Origin: Mytilus edulis
Lineage: Eukaryota
Direction of reading: 5' to 3'
Assembly (NCBI RefSeq): GCF_963676685.1
Contig: NC_092354.1
Span: 63,364,001 to 63,428,000 of the forward strand
Length of the DNA: 64,000 nucleotides
The notes beneath the pieces were generated by a model. That model did no database searches, had not been told where the DNA came from, and saw only the letters and a program-made list of their open reading frames with translations. The translations under genes were made by a program, and so were the position numbers. This document shows positions 52,904 to 64,000 of the stretch, piece after piece (position 1 is the first letter of the stretch; every line of letters begins with the position of its first letter).

Positions 52904-55682
52904 TCACGCTGGGGATGGTTTTTGGCCTTGAGTAGACATCTCATCGGTACCATCACTGTTTCCGCCATCTCCTCCACCACCACCATTTCCACCATTTCCA
53001 CCATTACCGCCATTTCCTCCATTTCCGCCATTTCCACGACCTTCAGTAACACCACCATTCCCACCATTTCCGCCATTACCTCCATTTCCTCCACCATTAT
53101 CACCACCACCATTTCCGCCATTCCCACCGCCTCCTCCATCACCTCCATTACCAAAACCGCCATCTCCTCCATTACCTCCGTTTCCCCCATCACCTCCATC
53201 ACCAAAACCGCCGTTTCCACCGTTTCCACCGCCTCCTCCGTTACCTCCGTCACCAAAACCACTATCTCCACCATTTCCGCCATTCCCTCCATTACCTCCA
53301 TTTCCGCCAGATGGCATCATTGTTTCAGTTGTTGAGTACTTGCCAACCCCTCCATCCATATTTGGTGTCATGCCTCCATTAGAACTCATGTCGATTTGTC
53401 CTTCGCCTAAATAATAAAAATAACATCTAATTGTTATATATATTTACTGTTTTTTTTTAAATTATAGATAACCCATTTATAACGTTCGATCAATACTATT
53501 TACAAATGTTGGAAAACGATGGGAAAATTCATACTCATTAATTGAAAAACCCGACATAGAAAACTAAAGATCGAGTAATACGAGCCCCACAAAAAAACGG
53601 AAATGATTTTAAGTTCTCAGGAAGGGTAGTCAGATCCTTCTCTTTATGTGCAACCCGATGTATTGAGTTAGTTAGTGGTTATTATTGCCAGGAGTAATAT
53701 GCACGCCTTGTTCAAACAATCAACATTATACAAATCTGTCTCTACATACTTGGACATTGAAGTTGTTTGCATATGATCATATATTGGAATGAAAAATATT
53801 TGTATTAAGTTTTTAAATGTTGATTTGTTCAGTATACATCTAAAAACTTCCTGTTTCATTGTGTTTATAAAAAAAGAAAAAAATATACAAATTTAAGCTC
53901 CCCCCTCCGTTTTCGCCATTTCTCTCACCCTCAACATGCTCAAGAAAACAAATATCATAGATGTGAAAAACAAATCTGTTACTTACATGTATCTCTGCAT
54001 TTTTGTAAAGTTTTGAATCGATTGGAGTTTCCCCGGCATCCTTTGTACCGGAATCTCTCGCATGCTCCGGTTTCGGTATTAAAGAAGAAACGTCTCAACC
54101 AGAAGAAACATTTGCCTGAGTCTACTGGTAAACTACAATCCGGTTTTGGTATATTTATCTTGTATTATTATAAAATACGAAATGCTCGTTGTTTTTAAAG
54201 GTCGAAATGATCGTTGTTATTTTCAAAGCTAGTATGATATGTAAGAGGAACGTTTTACGAAAATATGCATATAACGTGAAAACTTTAATTAAAAGTTCCT
54301 TTCACTTCCTTTTTAAACACGTTTCTGGAACATATTCTCGTAAATAATGTTCAACGTTTCTCAATGATTATCTTCTGTCATTCTATACATTAATTTTCAA
54401 TGGTTAACGTCGTCCGAGTCAAGTATGACCACCTATGGTGTGCAGTGTGTGTGACATATACAGACCTAATTGTGCAATAACTATATCACATTTAATAGTC
54501 TCTTTTAAATTCATTCCAGATATCTTGGATTTAAAGAAAAATGATACGGACAATTGTTAATCAATAAAGACCGTTTGTAAAACTCTAGATCTATGTTTTT
54601 GCAACTTATCGGGCATTTGGTAGCTGTTTCTAAATATTTGTACTGGCAGGAAATTGCTTCTGTAGAGCAATGCTTATGATAAGGGTCTTTTGTTTTAAGG
54701 GCATACGATACAGTTTTGATCCTGTATTTACAGTTTGATGAAAATTTCCATATAAGCTATTTTTTGCCTGCTTAAATCAAATATGTAATACAAAATATAC
54801 CTTCATGTGCTACTTTGTTAGTTAAATGATGTCGAAATTTTGTATATTTGCCCAAAATTTGGATTTGTGGCCGTATTTTCCCTTTCGAAAGAAAGCCATA
54901 ACTTTTTTGTTTTAAAAGATAAACACAAATTGTTTTTTGTTAAATAGTTTGTAATTTTTGTATTTTATAAGTATCCTATGCATTTTTTATTCAGAAATAG
55001 CTCATATTTATCAAATGGTCATGATTTAAGAAAAAAAGCGTATGTTTTTGCTGTATATTTATCAAAATTAAAAAAATTTCTCCATTTACAGTTTTATAAA
55101 ATTTGGTCCACATAATCTCCTTGCAAAATGAAACAAAATGTCTTTTTAAAAAATAGGGGTCCATGCACTCGTTTACAAATTAAATCAGTTTGAATGATAA
55201 AAAATAGTCGAAAAATGAATCTTTTCCCGATATGTCATAGTTTGACGTCGCGAAAATAACATTTTACGTTAGCAACGTCATTATCTCCCCTGTAACTGTA
55301 TCGTATGCCCTTTAACAAAAACAATGAGAAATGAAAAAATAATTAATAATAATTAACATAAAGATTCATTTTAAAGTGTGATAATTTCAGAAGCAAAGCA
55401 AAATCGATCTAGCGTGCACGTGAATACTCAGGTCTAGATATCTTTTAAATTAAAATGATCATAATTATTTATTTAAAATGTAAAACACGACAACAATTGA
55501 ACTCATCGACAACAAAAAGACAAAACATTTACAAAGGAGCTTAAATTATAAAATATAAATAAGAATTAAAATTCTGAAATATTAAGGAACACATATTTTA
55601 TATACGTACGACTTCTTCCCCAGTTCCAATGTCCAGAAACAGACACAATCAGACAGACAGCTAAGGTAATTGATATCTTCAT
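52904..55682 (-). CDS. Secreted Kunitz plus acidic Gly/Asn/Asp-rich protein K2; exons 55610-55682, about 53987-54158/54166, 52904-53406
   Basis: TATAAAA at 55719-55725. MKISITLAVCLIVSVSGHWNWGRS C|gtacgt. The Kunitz exon ends ACA T|gtaagt; ttatttag|GC gives CEGQIDMSSNGGMTPNMDGG...(GGN/GGD)n...QGQKPSPA*. AATAAA at 52730-52735. The Kunitz acceptor is uncertain. Confidence 0.8.
53987..54158 (-). CDS. Kunitz-domain exon of K2 (not in the ORF track)
   Basis: INIPKPDCSLPVDSGKCFFWLRRFFFNTETGACERFRYKGCRGNSNRFKTLQKCRDT(C). Canonical Cys spacing; P1 is Phe. Confidence 0.88.
54699..55311. mobile_element. TTAA-flanked non-autonomous TIR element (Kolobok-like) in K2 intron 1; one-ended relative at about 58690-58962
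   Basis: ttaa|gggcatacgatacagtt ... aactgtatcgtatgccct|ttaa. Confidence 0.8.
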
Positions 55683-56789
55683 CTTTTGTTGGTTTAAGTC
55701 GAGAGAGAGGTACAGATGTTTTATAGTCTGAGTGGAGGTGTATTACTACGGATATTGATAAGGCGACGGGATGTTTAATGAGTCATTTTAGATATCAAAC
55801 GTGATATACAGGTTTCCGATACTTCAGATTTGTTTATGATTGATTTTATAAGTAGTACAATAAGACAAAAACTTATCAATAACAAATTTTAATCATTCTT
55901 TGATTCGTATAAAGTATTAATAATATTCAAAAGTACAAATATCATTCAAGTCTACTGGTATATGCGGACTCTTATAAATGTTTTATCCATCACCGAATAA
56001 TTAATGTAATGAAATATTTGTTTTCCTATGACTACCTCTGACAAAAAGCAGCTGTTGATGACATATATCTCAATACAGCTTCTGTTGTGTGTACGTACGA
56101 ATACTTCGTTGTCCGTCGGTCAGTATATTAATCGAAGTTCAAAAGCAGTCAATCAGTATTATTTGCGCTCTTCGTCCGTATTCTTGCACTAGCAATTCAC
56201 AATGATCGTGGTACATTATGCACCGTATTATCAACTCTTTTCATACTATTCCTAAATGTTGATTCATTTCTTCCGCATTATTCTAAAACTCTTTCAATGC
56301 GTTTAAACCGTATGAAAATTAAAAGAGAATTTGGAACTTATCTCAATTAATACCGAATTTTGTGATTATCCCTATTTACTACGACATTTCAATATTCTGC
56401 TTGACATGGCTTAGTGTTTACAGACGAATAACCAAAAAAAGTCCCCCCCCCCCCCGCCAAAAAATAGAAAAAAAAGAAATAGCAAACATAAAAAAGCAAA
56501 CATAGACAATATTGAGAATATTAAGATATACTAGTACAATAGAAGAATAGAAAAATGACTCTAAATTCAACTTTAAAAAATCCCCGTAGAAATCCTTATC
56601 ACCGGTACATATATCCCTATATTTTTCATTCTCCTATACACTTTATTTTTAGTGGCAAAAATGCAGAAGAAAAAGTTCTAGTCAGGGTTCTATTTCGACC
56701 GAAATCAGCAACGAAAACCAATTAAACAAAATTGACCTCGTTTCTTTTCACATTATTTTTAAAAGTAACATAAAATTGAATACTATTTT

Positions 56790-56990
56790 AGCGCAATGGC
56801 GATGCTCTTCGTCATTCTTTAACAATGATCTGTTTCGAGCTGATATTGTAAATGATCCGTTTTGCAAATGTGGGGATAGATATTGAGGATGTCTATCATT
56901 ATTTTATCGTTTGTCCAAAATACATATCATGTAGAAAAACCTTATTCACATTTCGAACGAACAAAATATTTAAATGTTCAAACATGTTCT
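56790..56990 (+). mobile_element. Decayed 3' end of a LINE ORF2
   Basis: Remnant LNNDLFRADIVNDPFCKCG..IEDVYH..IVCPKY..RKTL, the CCHC-type C-terminus of non-LTR elements, with frameshifts. Confidence 0.6.
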
Positions 56991-59614
56991 CATCATAAGG
57001 TCAATTAAACAGATTTCTTATACCTACATAAAGCGATATTGTTACTAACTGGCACATATCATCATCATCATCATCATCATCTTCATCAACACTCACATCA
57101 TCACCACATAATTGAATGACTTTTCAAACTGTCTTTTTCTTTTATTTTCTCTCTTCTTTTTACCTCTGATAGCTGGTAGTATACTCTATAAAGTGTTTAC
57201 AGTAATGCATGCCCATTGTAATACTATTAATGTAAATAAAAATTGTATTACTTCGTAAGAATGATTTACTTGTGTCTAATCCATTTTGATTTTATACAGC
57301 AAATAAAATACTATTTAACGTGTACATTGCAATTGATGTTCTATTTGTATATTTGACCAATGCAAGGTGACGTTTTATTTTGTTTTTTATCGACATTTAA
57401 GCATGTTTTAAAATGTTTTGCTAAAAACCTATCTTGTGCTCAATGTACTACTTAATTGAAAACATAGGGCGTTACATGTTCGGTCAACAAACTATGCATT
57501 AACAGCTGACAATGACGTTTACTGTTCAATTATAGATTCAACCTAAGGCACTTGAGCAGAAACAGTTCACTGACATTGTACACGAAACAACAAGTGTACG
57601 CATCCTGTTAAGTTGTTCGTGGCGTTGTATATATGAGGGTCTGGTTGGGGTTAGCGAATAATTGACAAAATAGTAAATAATAAAGATAATCATGATAATT
57701 GATTGCTGAAAAATAAGGAATAGAGAAAAGAAAAAGACAAAACTGTCAGGAATAGAAGAGAATTTGCTGATAAATAACTAATTAAAAATAATGAAAACAG
57801 TAAGTAAAGAAAATGGAATAAAAATTGAAGAAAAAAAAAACGAATACCTTTTCCCTTTCCTTCATCAAGACCATCATACAAAGCAATGATTATGCTGTTT
57901 TTACAAGTAGAGTATGCTTAACAGAAATAGAAGCTAAAACAATCGACACATAAGGTATCCATTGTTTTAAATTAATAACATCTTTACTTGTTATAATTCA
58001 AAATGTATTTTTGTAAATAATAATTATATACACAATATATATGCACTAACAACAAATGCACTTACCAGTTTGAAAATAGTGCGAAGAAAATAAACATAAA
58101 CGCGTTTACCTTCATTTTTTTGTGCTGTTATAAACGTTAATGTGTAAATTGTGTTTACTACGTTTTGTACATCTAATCACTTTTTTGTCATTTTCATTGA
58201 AATAAAAGTCCTAACGAGAAGAGAAAAGTGAGACGAACGATACCAGAGGGACAGTCAAACGCATAGATCGAAAATAAACTGACAACGCCATGGCTAAAAA
58301 TGAAAATAACAAGAATGTGTCCCCAGTACACGAATGCCCCACTCGCACTATCATTTTTTATGCAAGGGAACCATCAAATTGGGGTAAAAATTCTAATTTG
58401 GCATTAAAATTGAAAAGAGCATATCAAAGGAAACATTTGTACTAAGTTTGAAGTCATATCGATTAAGAATAATTTTCTATTATGGTAAAAAAAGGGCCAC
58501 ATGTGGTTCCTTATTCTTGAGTAATAAATTCTTTCCGTCATTAAAAGAACTTGTTAGTTTTAAAAGATAAACACAAGCTGTTTCTGTTAAATTCTGTGTA
58601 AATTCTGTTTTATATAAATGTCCTTTAAATTTGTGCAATTTATTTTTCAAATAACTCATATTCATCAACTGTTCACGAATGTAGTAACAACACGTCATTT
58701 TGTGCTGCATATTTACAAATTTAAAAAAAATGCACTATTTATGTTTTCATAAAAATTGGCACACTGAATCTTCTTATGTAATCAAACCAAATGTCATTTT
58801 AAAACAGAGGGGTCAATGAACTTCAAGTTATATAAGTTGGAATGATAAAAATCAGCCGAAACTAAATCTTTTCGTGATAAGTCATCGTTTGACGTCGCGA
58901 AAAAAAAACTATTTACGTTAGCAACGTCATTACCTCCCCTGTAACTGTATCGTATACCCTTAATTATTAAGACACTTGAGTAGAAACGGTTCACTGACAT
59001 TGTACTCGAAACAACAAGTGTATACGCATCCTATAAAATTGGTCGTCACTTCATACATGCCGGTCTGAGTGGGATTTACAGATAAGAGAATAATGAACAA
59101 AAATGGCAGAATAGTAAAAAATAGAAAGAAGTAGATAAAACAGTAAAGAGTAGAGAAGAATTTGGTTCTGAAAACAAAAAAAATAGAGAGTAATGGGCGA
59201 ATAATGCAGTATAATGGATTAGAAAAAAGAAAAGAGAATAGACAACTCAGTACAGAATAGAGAATAATTAGGTGTTGAAAAATATTGAATAAAGAGTAAT
59301 GCGGAAAATAAAAGACTAGAGAATGTGGTCCAAAAAGGTAATATATACAGAAATAAATTATCCCCATCCAGATTCTAACTCAAAGCAATGATAAAGCTGT
59401 GTTCACATGTTAAGGTTCAATGTTTTAGATCACTAGCATCTGTACTTGTCATATTACAACATCTTATATTGCTAATAATAATTGTTTATATACTGATCAA
59501 CACGACGTTCAACAACCAGTTTGAAAATAATAAGCAGCAAATAAACATATAGTTGTTGACCTGGCATTTTGTGCTGTTAGGTTAATGTTTCAATGGTGTT
59601 TACACCTCATTTCT

Positions 59615-60390
59615 TTTTTAGCTCACCTGGCCCGAAGGGCCGAGTGAGCTTTACTCATCACTTGGCGTCCGTCGTCGTCGTCCGTCGTCGGCGTAAACTT
59701 CTTATAGAGAACCACTTAATGGAATGAAACAAAACATAGCATGAATGTTCCTTATGAGGTGCTGACAACTGTTTGTTACTTTGTAGCCAATCCATCATCC
59801 AAGATGGCCGCCGGGGATACATACAAATGTCTTCCTTTAGAGAACCACTCAAGGGAATAAAACCAAACATGGCATGAATGCTCCTTATGAGATGCTGACC
59901 AAGTGTTGTTACTTTGTAGCCGATCCATTATCAAAGATGGCCGCCAGCGTGGGACTTAGTTTAACATAGGACCCTACGGGAAATACATACAAATGTCTTA
60001 TTTTAGAGAAGCACTGAATGGAATAAAATCAAACATGACATGAATGTTCCTTATGAGGTGCTGACCAAGTGTTGTTACTTTGTTACACGTCCATTATTCA
60101 AGGTGGTCGCCAGCGTGGGACTTAGTTTAACATAGGATCCTATGGGAAATACTTACAAATGTCTTCTTTTGAAGAACCACTGAATGGAATGAAACCAAAT
60201 GTATCATGAATGTTCCTTATGAGGCGCTGACCAAGTGTTGTTACTTTGTAGCCGATCCATTATCCAAGATGGCCGCCACGGGGGACTTAGTTTAAAATGG
60301 GACTCTATGGGAAATACATACAAATGTCTTCTCTAAGAGAACAACTGAATGAAATGAAACCAAACATAACAATATTAAACCAAATTTGGC
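59615..60390. mobile_element. Helentron/HINE-like non-autonomous element with internal 166-bp tandem repeats
   Basis: T-run, then agctcacctggcccgaagggccgagtgagct hairpin, then (gtc)n microsatellite. Repeat units start at about 59707, 59840, 60006, 60172 and 60338. Confidence 0.8.
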
Positions 60391-61949
60391 CTTAAACCTC
60401 ATTATAAGTATCGTATCTGTTACAATTTTTTACATTTTTAATATAATTTGACACATTAAAAAACAAGTTTAAGATTTCAAATACAAAGTTCAACTCTAGG
60501 CACATGCATGAGCCATTTAGACTTCCGGAAACTGGTTAAGGTTCAGTGTCATATCTTAATATTCTTTTGATTTAGCTTCACCTTTTTTATTTCTGATGTC
60601 ATATTTTTCACAGCTGTTTTCGACTGTAAATTACAGCCATACTGTTTCGGTTATTGTCCAATGTTGAGTTTATACGTAGACCTTCGTGGTTATTTTTGTT
60701 ATCGATGTTATTACTTTTTTACCACAACGTCACTATTTTCATTACACGTGTAAACACACATATAATTTGATATGATTTAGTTGTTAATATTGTTTGTTTA
60801 AAACCAATTACTACAAACGACGCTAAAATGTAAATGATGGCAGTCACACAAATACGTCTGATATCAATAAGATTGCAATAAAGACATTAACAAAAAAACA
60901 AATATGGCAGTACACCTCCTACAGTTGTTTGGCAAAGACGTCATAAAAGTCGGAGTAACGTCTGACCGTGTACAATGCCACCATATGTATACAGTATATG
61001 TACATTGTCGGAAAATACATGATTTATTTGTACGAGCGTAAGAAACAAGACTAAAAACAAGGCTAGTCGAGCTTTTCTCCTGTTTCGTAGCGAGTACAGA
61101 TGTCATTTAAATTTCCAAAAATAAACATATACTTGTTTTTGTTCTGCAATTTATACCTGTCATTTAACGTGTTAGTTGTTCAAAAAGAAATCTTCACAAC
61201 AATCTACATAGTTATAATGTTTTCCGCGATGATTAACCCAAAATAGAATTTTTGCAAAACGAAATATTTACATTAACACAAAAGAAGATATACAATTACA
61301 AATGGATAAAAAAATGTTTGATTACATCAAGCGAACTTAAAGAGAAATAATCAGATTACTTTATCTGCTATAGCTTTTATATTAAGTTTGATGGTATAGA
61401 TGCGTATAACAAAGTCACTTTACCTAACTTTACCACAATATACGATAATTGGAAATAAGTATAATTATGATTTTAAAACTCGTTTAAGATGTCAAGATTC
61501 AAGAGGATGTCAAATTTCCACGTAAACTGCTTTGCAAGAGTGTATACAGTTTTAACTTACATATCTAAGGGGCTCACTTGAAGAAGATAATCTACCAGTT
61601 CAGATTTTCCAATTTGTTGGATATTCTATTATTCATTTAATATGAGTTCAAAATAGAACTGCATGTGTGAGAGTACAGCACGAATAAATTCCATATTGCC
61701 TACAAGCACTTTCCTGCCAAAAGTACCTACAAATAATTTTAAGATTTAATACATTTTAGAAATCAATTACAAACGAAATGACCCGTAGAAGTACATTAGT
61801 TTTCAAAACGATTATCAAAACACTTAAAAAAGTGTATGACCATCTCTAAAAACAAATACTACAATACATTATGTAAATGTGAAATAACTGGGATACTTTT
61901 GATATACTAAGAGGTTACGATTCAAAAATACTGGAAGTAAGGTAATTCA

Positions 61950-62550
61950 CTAACGGAATCGATAAATATTGATATTCCACAATGTGCTGTACCAGATAAT
62001 TCGTTGACCGTAATGATGCATCTGTTTCAAAGATGCCGACAGAAACGTTCCAGTTGTCATAACCACAATATCGTCATCGTTACACCCACATTCTAATATT
62101 CCATGTTTGCAACGAGCAAAATGTTTGCCATAAAACTCCAACTTTCAGGACATTTTCTCCACATCTAGTAATCATAAAAGCCAGTTCACGAGTTCGATTG
62201 CTAAGAATTAAATTATCTTTCTTGTTTACCGACGCCATGCTCCATTTTTACAGAACGGAACATATTTACAACAATAGAAAATGCACCAATAAATGTACTT
62301 ACTAAAATGGGTACTATCATTTGCAATATTTGAGATGATAAAACGGCCCCCCTACAGATCCTCATATATTGTTGTTGATTGTTCGCATTGCTTATCAATG
62401 TTTATTGTTTATTGAAGATAATATGAATATTTGCTGATAAAACGTCAAGCCAACGTGATCACCTGCTGATAAAATATCAAGTACAGTTCAAAATATAAGT
62501 ACCGGTAACCGAGACATCATTTTACGTCAAGTCTAGAAATAAATGACCAA
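61950..62550 (-). pseudogene. Possible decayed LRR-CT plus transmembrane (TLR-like) coding remnant
   Basis: One frame reads GHLFLDLT*N...LNCT*YFISR*SRWLDVL...ICRGAVLSSQILQMIVPILVSTFIGAFSIVVNMFR, with several stops. Confidence 0.25.
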
Positions 62551-64000
62551 GTTAGAATTTTTGCTTTTATTAAATCACCGCGATATAGCCTTGTTGTGCT
62601 AATGCGGCGTAAAGCCACCAACAATCAATCAGTTTTATTAAAACCTTTCTTGAAACTCTCATTTCTCATCATACTTTATTTTTTTCAGTCAGAACATTTG
62701 ATTGCAAATTGTTTCCAGTGGATAGTCTGAAGATATTTGTAGCAATCTACAAACAATATTATTAAAATATTGATTCACCATGATAACTGCACTTTAATAC
62801 TTGAAAGTTCTACAGTAAACTAATAAGTCGGAAATAAATGGACATTCTCATGATAAAAAACGACGACGTCAAAAAGACGAAACATAAAAAAACCACAACA
62901 AAGAAAAATATAGACTAAGACACATACCCCACAAAAAATTAGGGTTGATCTCATTTACTTTATTCAAGATATCAGACATCAAATAGAAAGTGGTCGATTA
63001 GAACAAAAATATATAAATATATTTTACAATATGCATTTAACCAACAAACAAGTGTACCATATTATGATCGTATTATGAGATTTAAACACGATATCCTATA
63101 TACTTATCTAGTTTGATAACATTGTAAATAATGTAGTGTCTATACTGATCTACTGACACCCTGATAATTATACTTTCAGTGGACACGTAAAATCCATTAA
63201 TTCACCTTGGTTTTGTGTGTTAAGAAAATTAAATCATTTTTGAAAATCTTATTGCTCAATATAAATGACTAGGGAATACGGTGATGTCTCAAAAAAGTGA
63301 AAATGAAGCTAAAGGTAAGAATGACAAATACCATTTTTTTTAATGTTGACGAAAGTATTCATATTTTATGAAAAAGAATAAATATTGCGTTTTTTTTTTA
63401 AATAGAAAATAAGATATAATGATGGTTCATAACCTGTCATTAAAAGGAAACACTTGCACTCTCAATTATCACATAACTCAGTTGAAGTATACTTACTCTT
63501 TTATACGTTTTACAGTTTCTCAAATTAACTGATCAAGGGACTGTAAATGTGTAATATTTAAATAACTGTATAAGTGAATGCATTCACAACGAAAACGAAA
63601 TTGCTTTCTTATATAATAATGCTACTAAAACTATCATTTAATTTCCTCGTGTACGGTTTATGTACCTAATTCAAAGGGCAATAACCTTTCATGAGGTACA
63701 AACAACATGTTATTGTTTTTACATATTCAATATAAATAAGAATTATAAGCATTTCTAAGAATTTAACCCAAATTGTTTGGCGGTACTGGGTTGTAGGAAA
63801 ATAAGAATAGATTATGTGCTGCAATATATATCCCCTTAAATAGAAACAACCGATCATGATTTAACAAAAATACTCACTCTAAGGTTGATAAAAATGTATG
63901 TCAATAAAACAAAACAAAACCTTCGACTATGTCAACAAATATGACGACCGGAAAATTACTTAATGGGTATAGCGGAAACAATGTGCATTACCCGCGGTTT

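Noticed and set aside
52904-53389. PE_PGRS-like bacterial gene or horizontal transfer
   Set aside because: The similarity is low-complexity only. The segment is a spliced exon with a eukaryotic signal exon, TATA box and poly(A) signal.

Overview
AT-rich, intron-containing animal DNA. The interspersed repeat families resemble those of bivalves such as Mytilus; this is recognition from memory, not a database result. The window holds a tandem and inverted cluster of one family of small secreted Gly/Asn/Trp-rich proteins. The ORF track mostly misses these genes because they are spliced. Each gene has a TATA promoter, a phase-1 signal-peptide exon (64 nt; 73 nt in the last gene) and a terminal (GGN)n/GGNGGxW exon. 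Four genes have two exons (3898-6287 -, 16254-18163 -, 22137-24517 +, 31513-33180 -), and three of them end in G-K-R. Two genes carry an added phase 1-1 Kunitz exon (43897-45873 -, 52904-55682 -). There are also several pseudogenes, including a 60-bp-repeat-expanded exon at 10469-11745. The left half is a ~12.4-kb tandem duplication plus a ~7-kb inversion. The rest is mostly non-autonomous DNA transposons (one 5.5-kb TA-flanked element carries a ~267-bp satellite), Helentron-like elements, SINE, LINE and Penelope fragments, and possibly a decayed LRR-transmembrane gene. The long Ser/Thr/Ile-rich ORFs in the track are antisense shadows of the Gly-rich exons.
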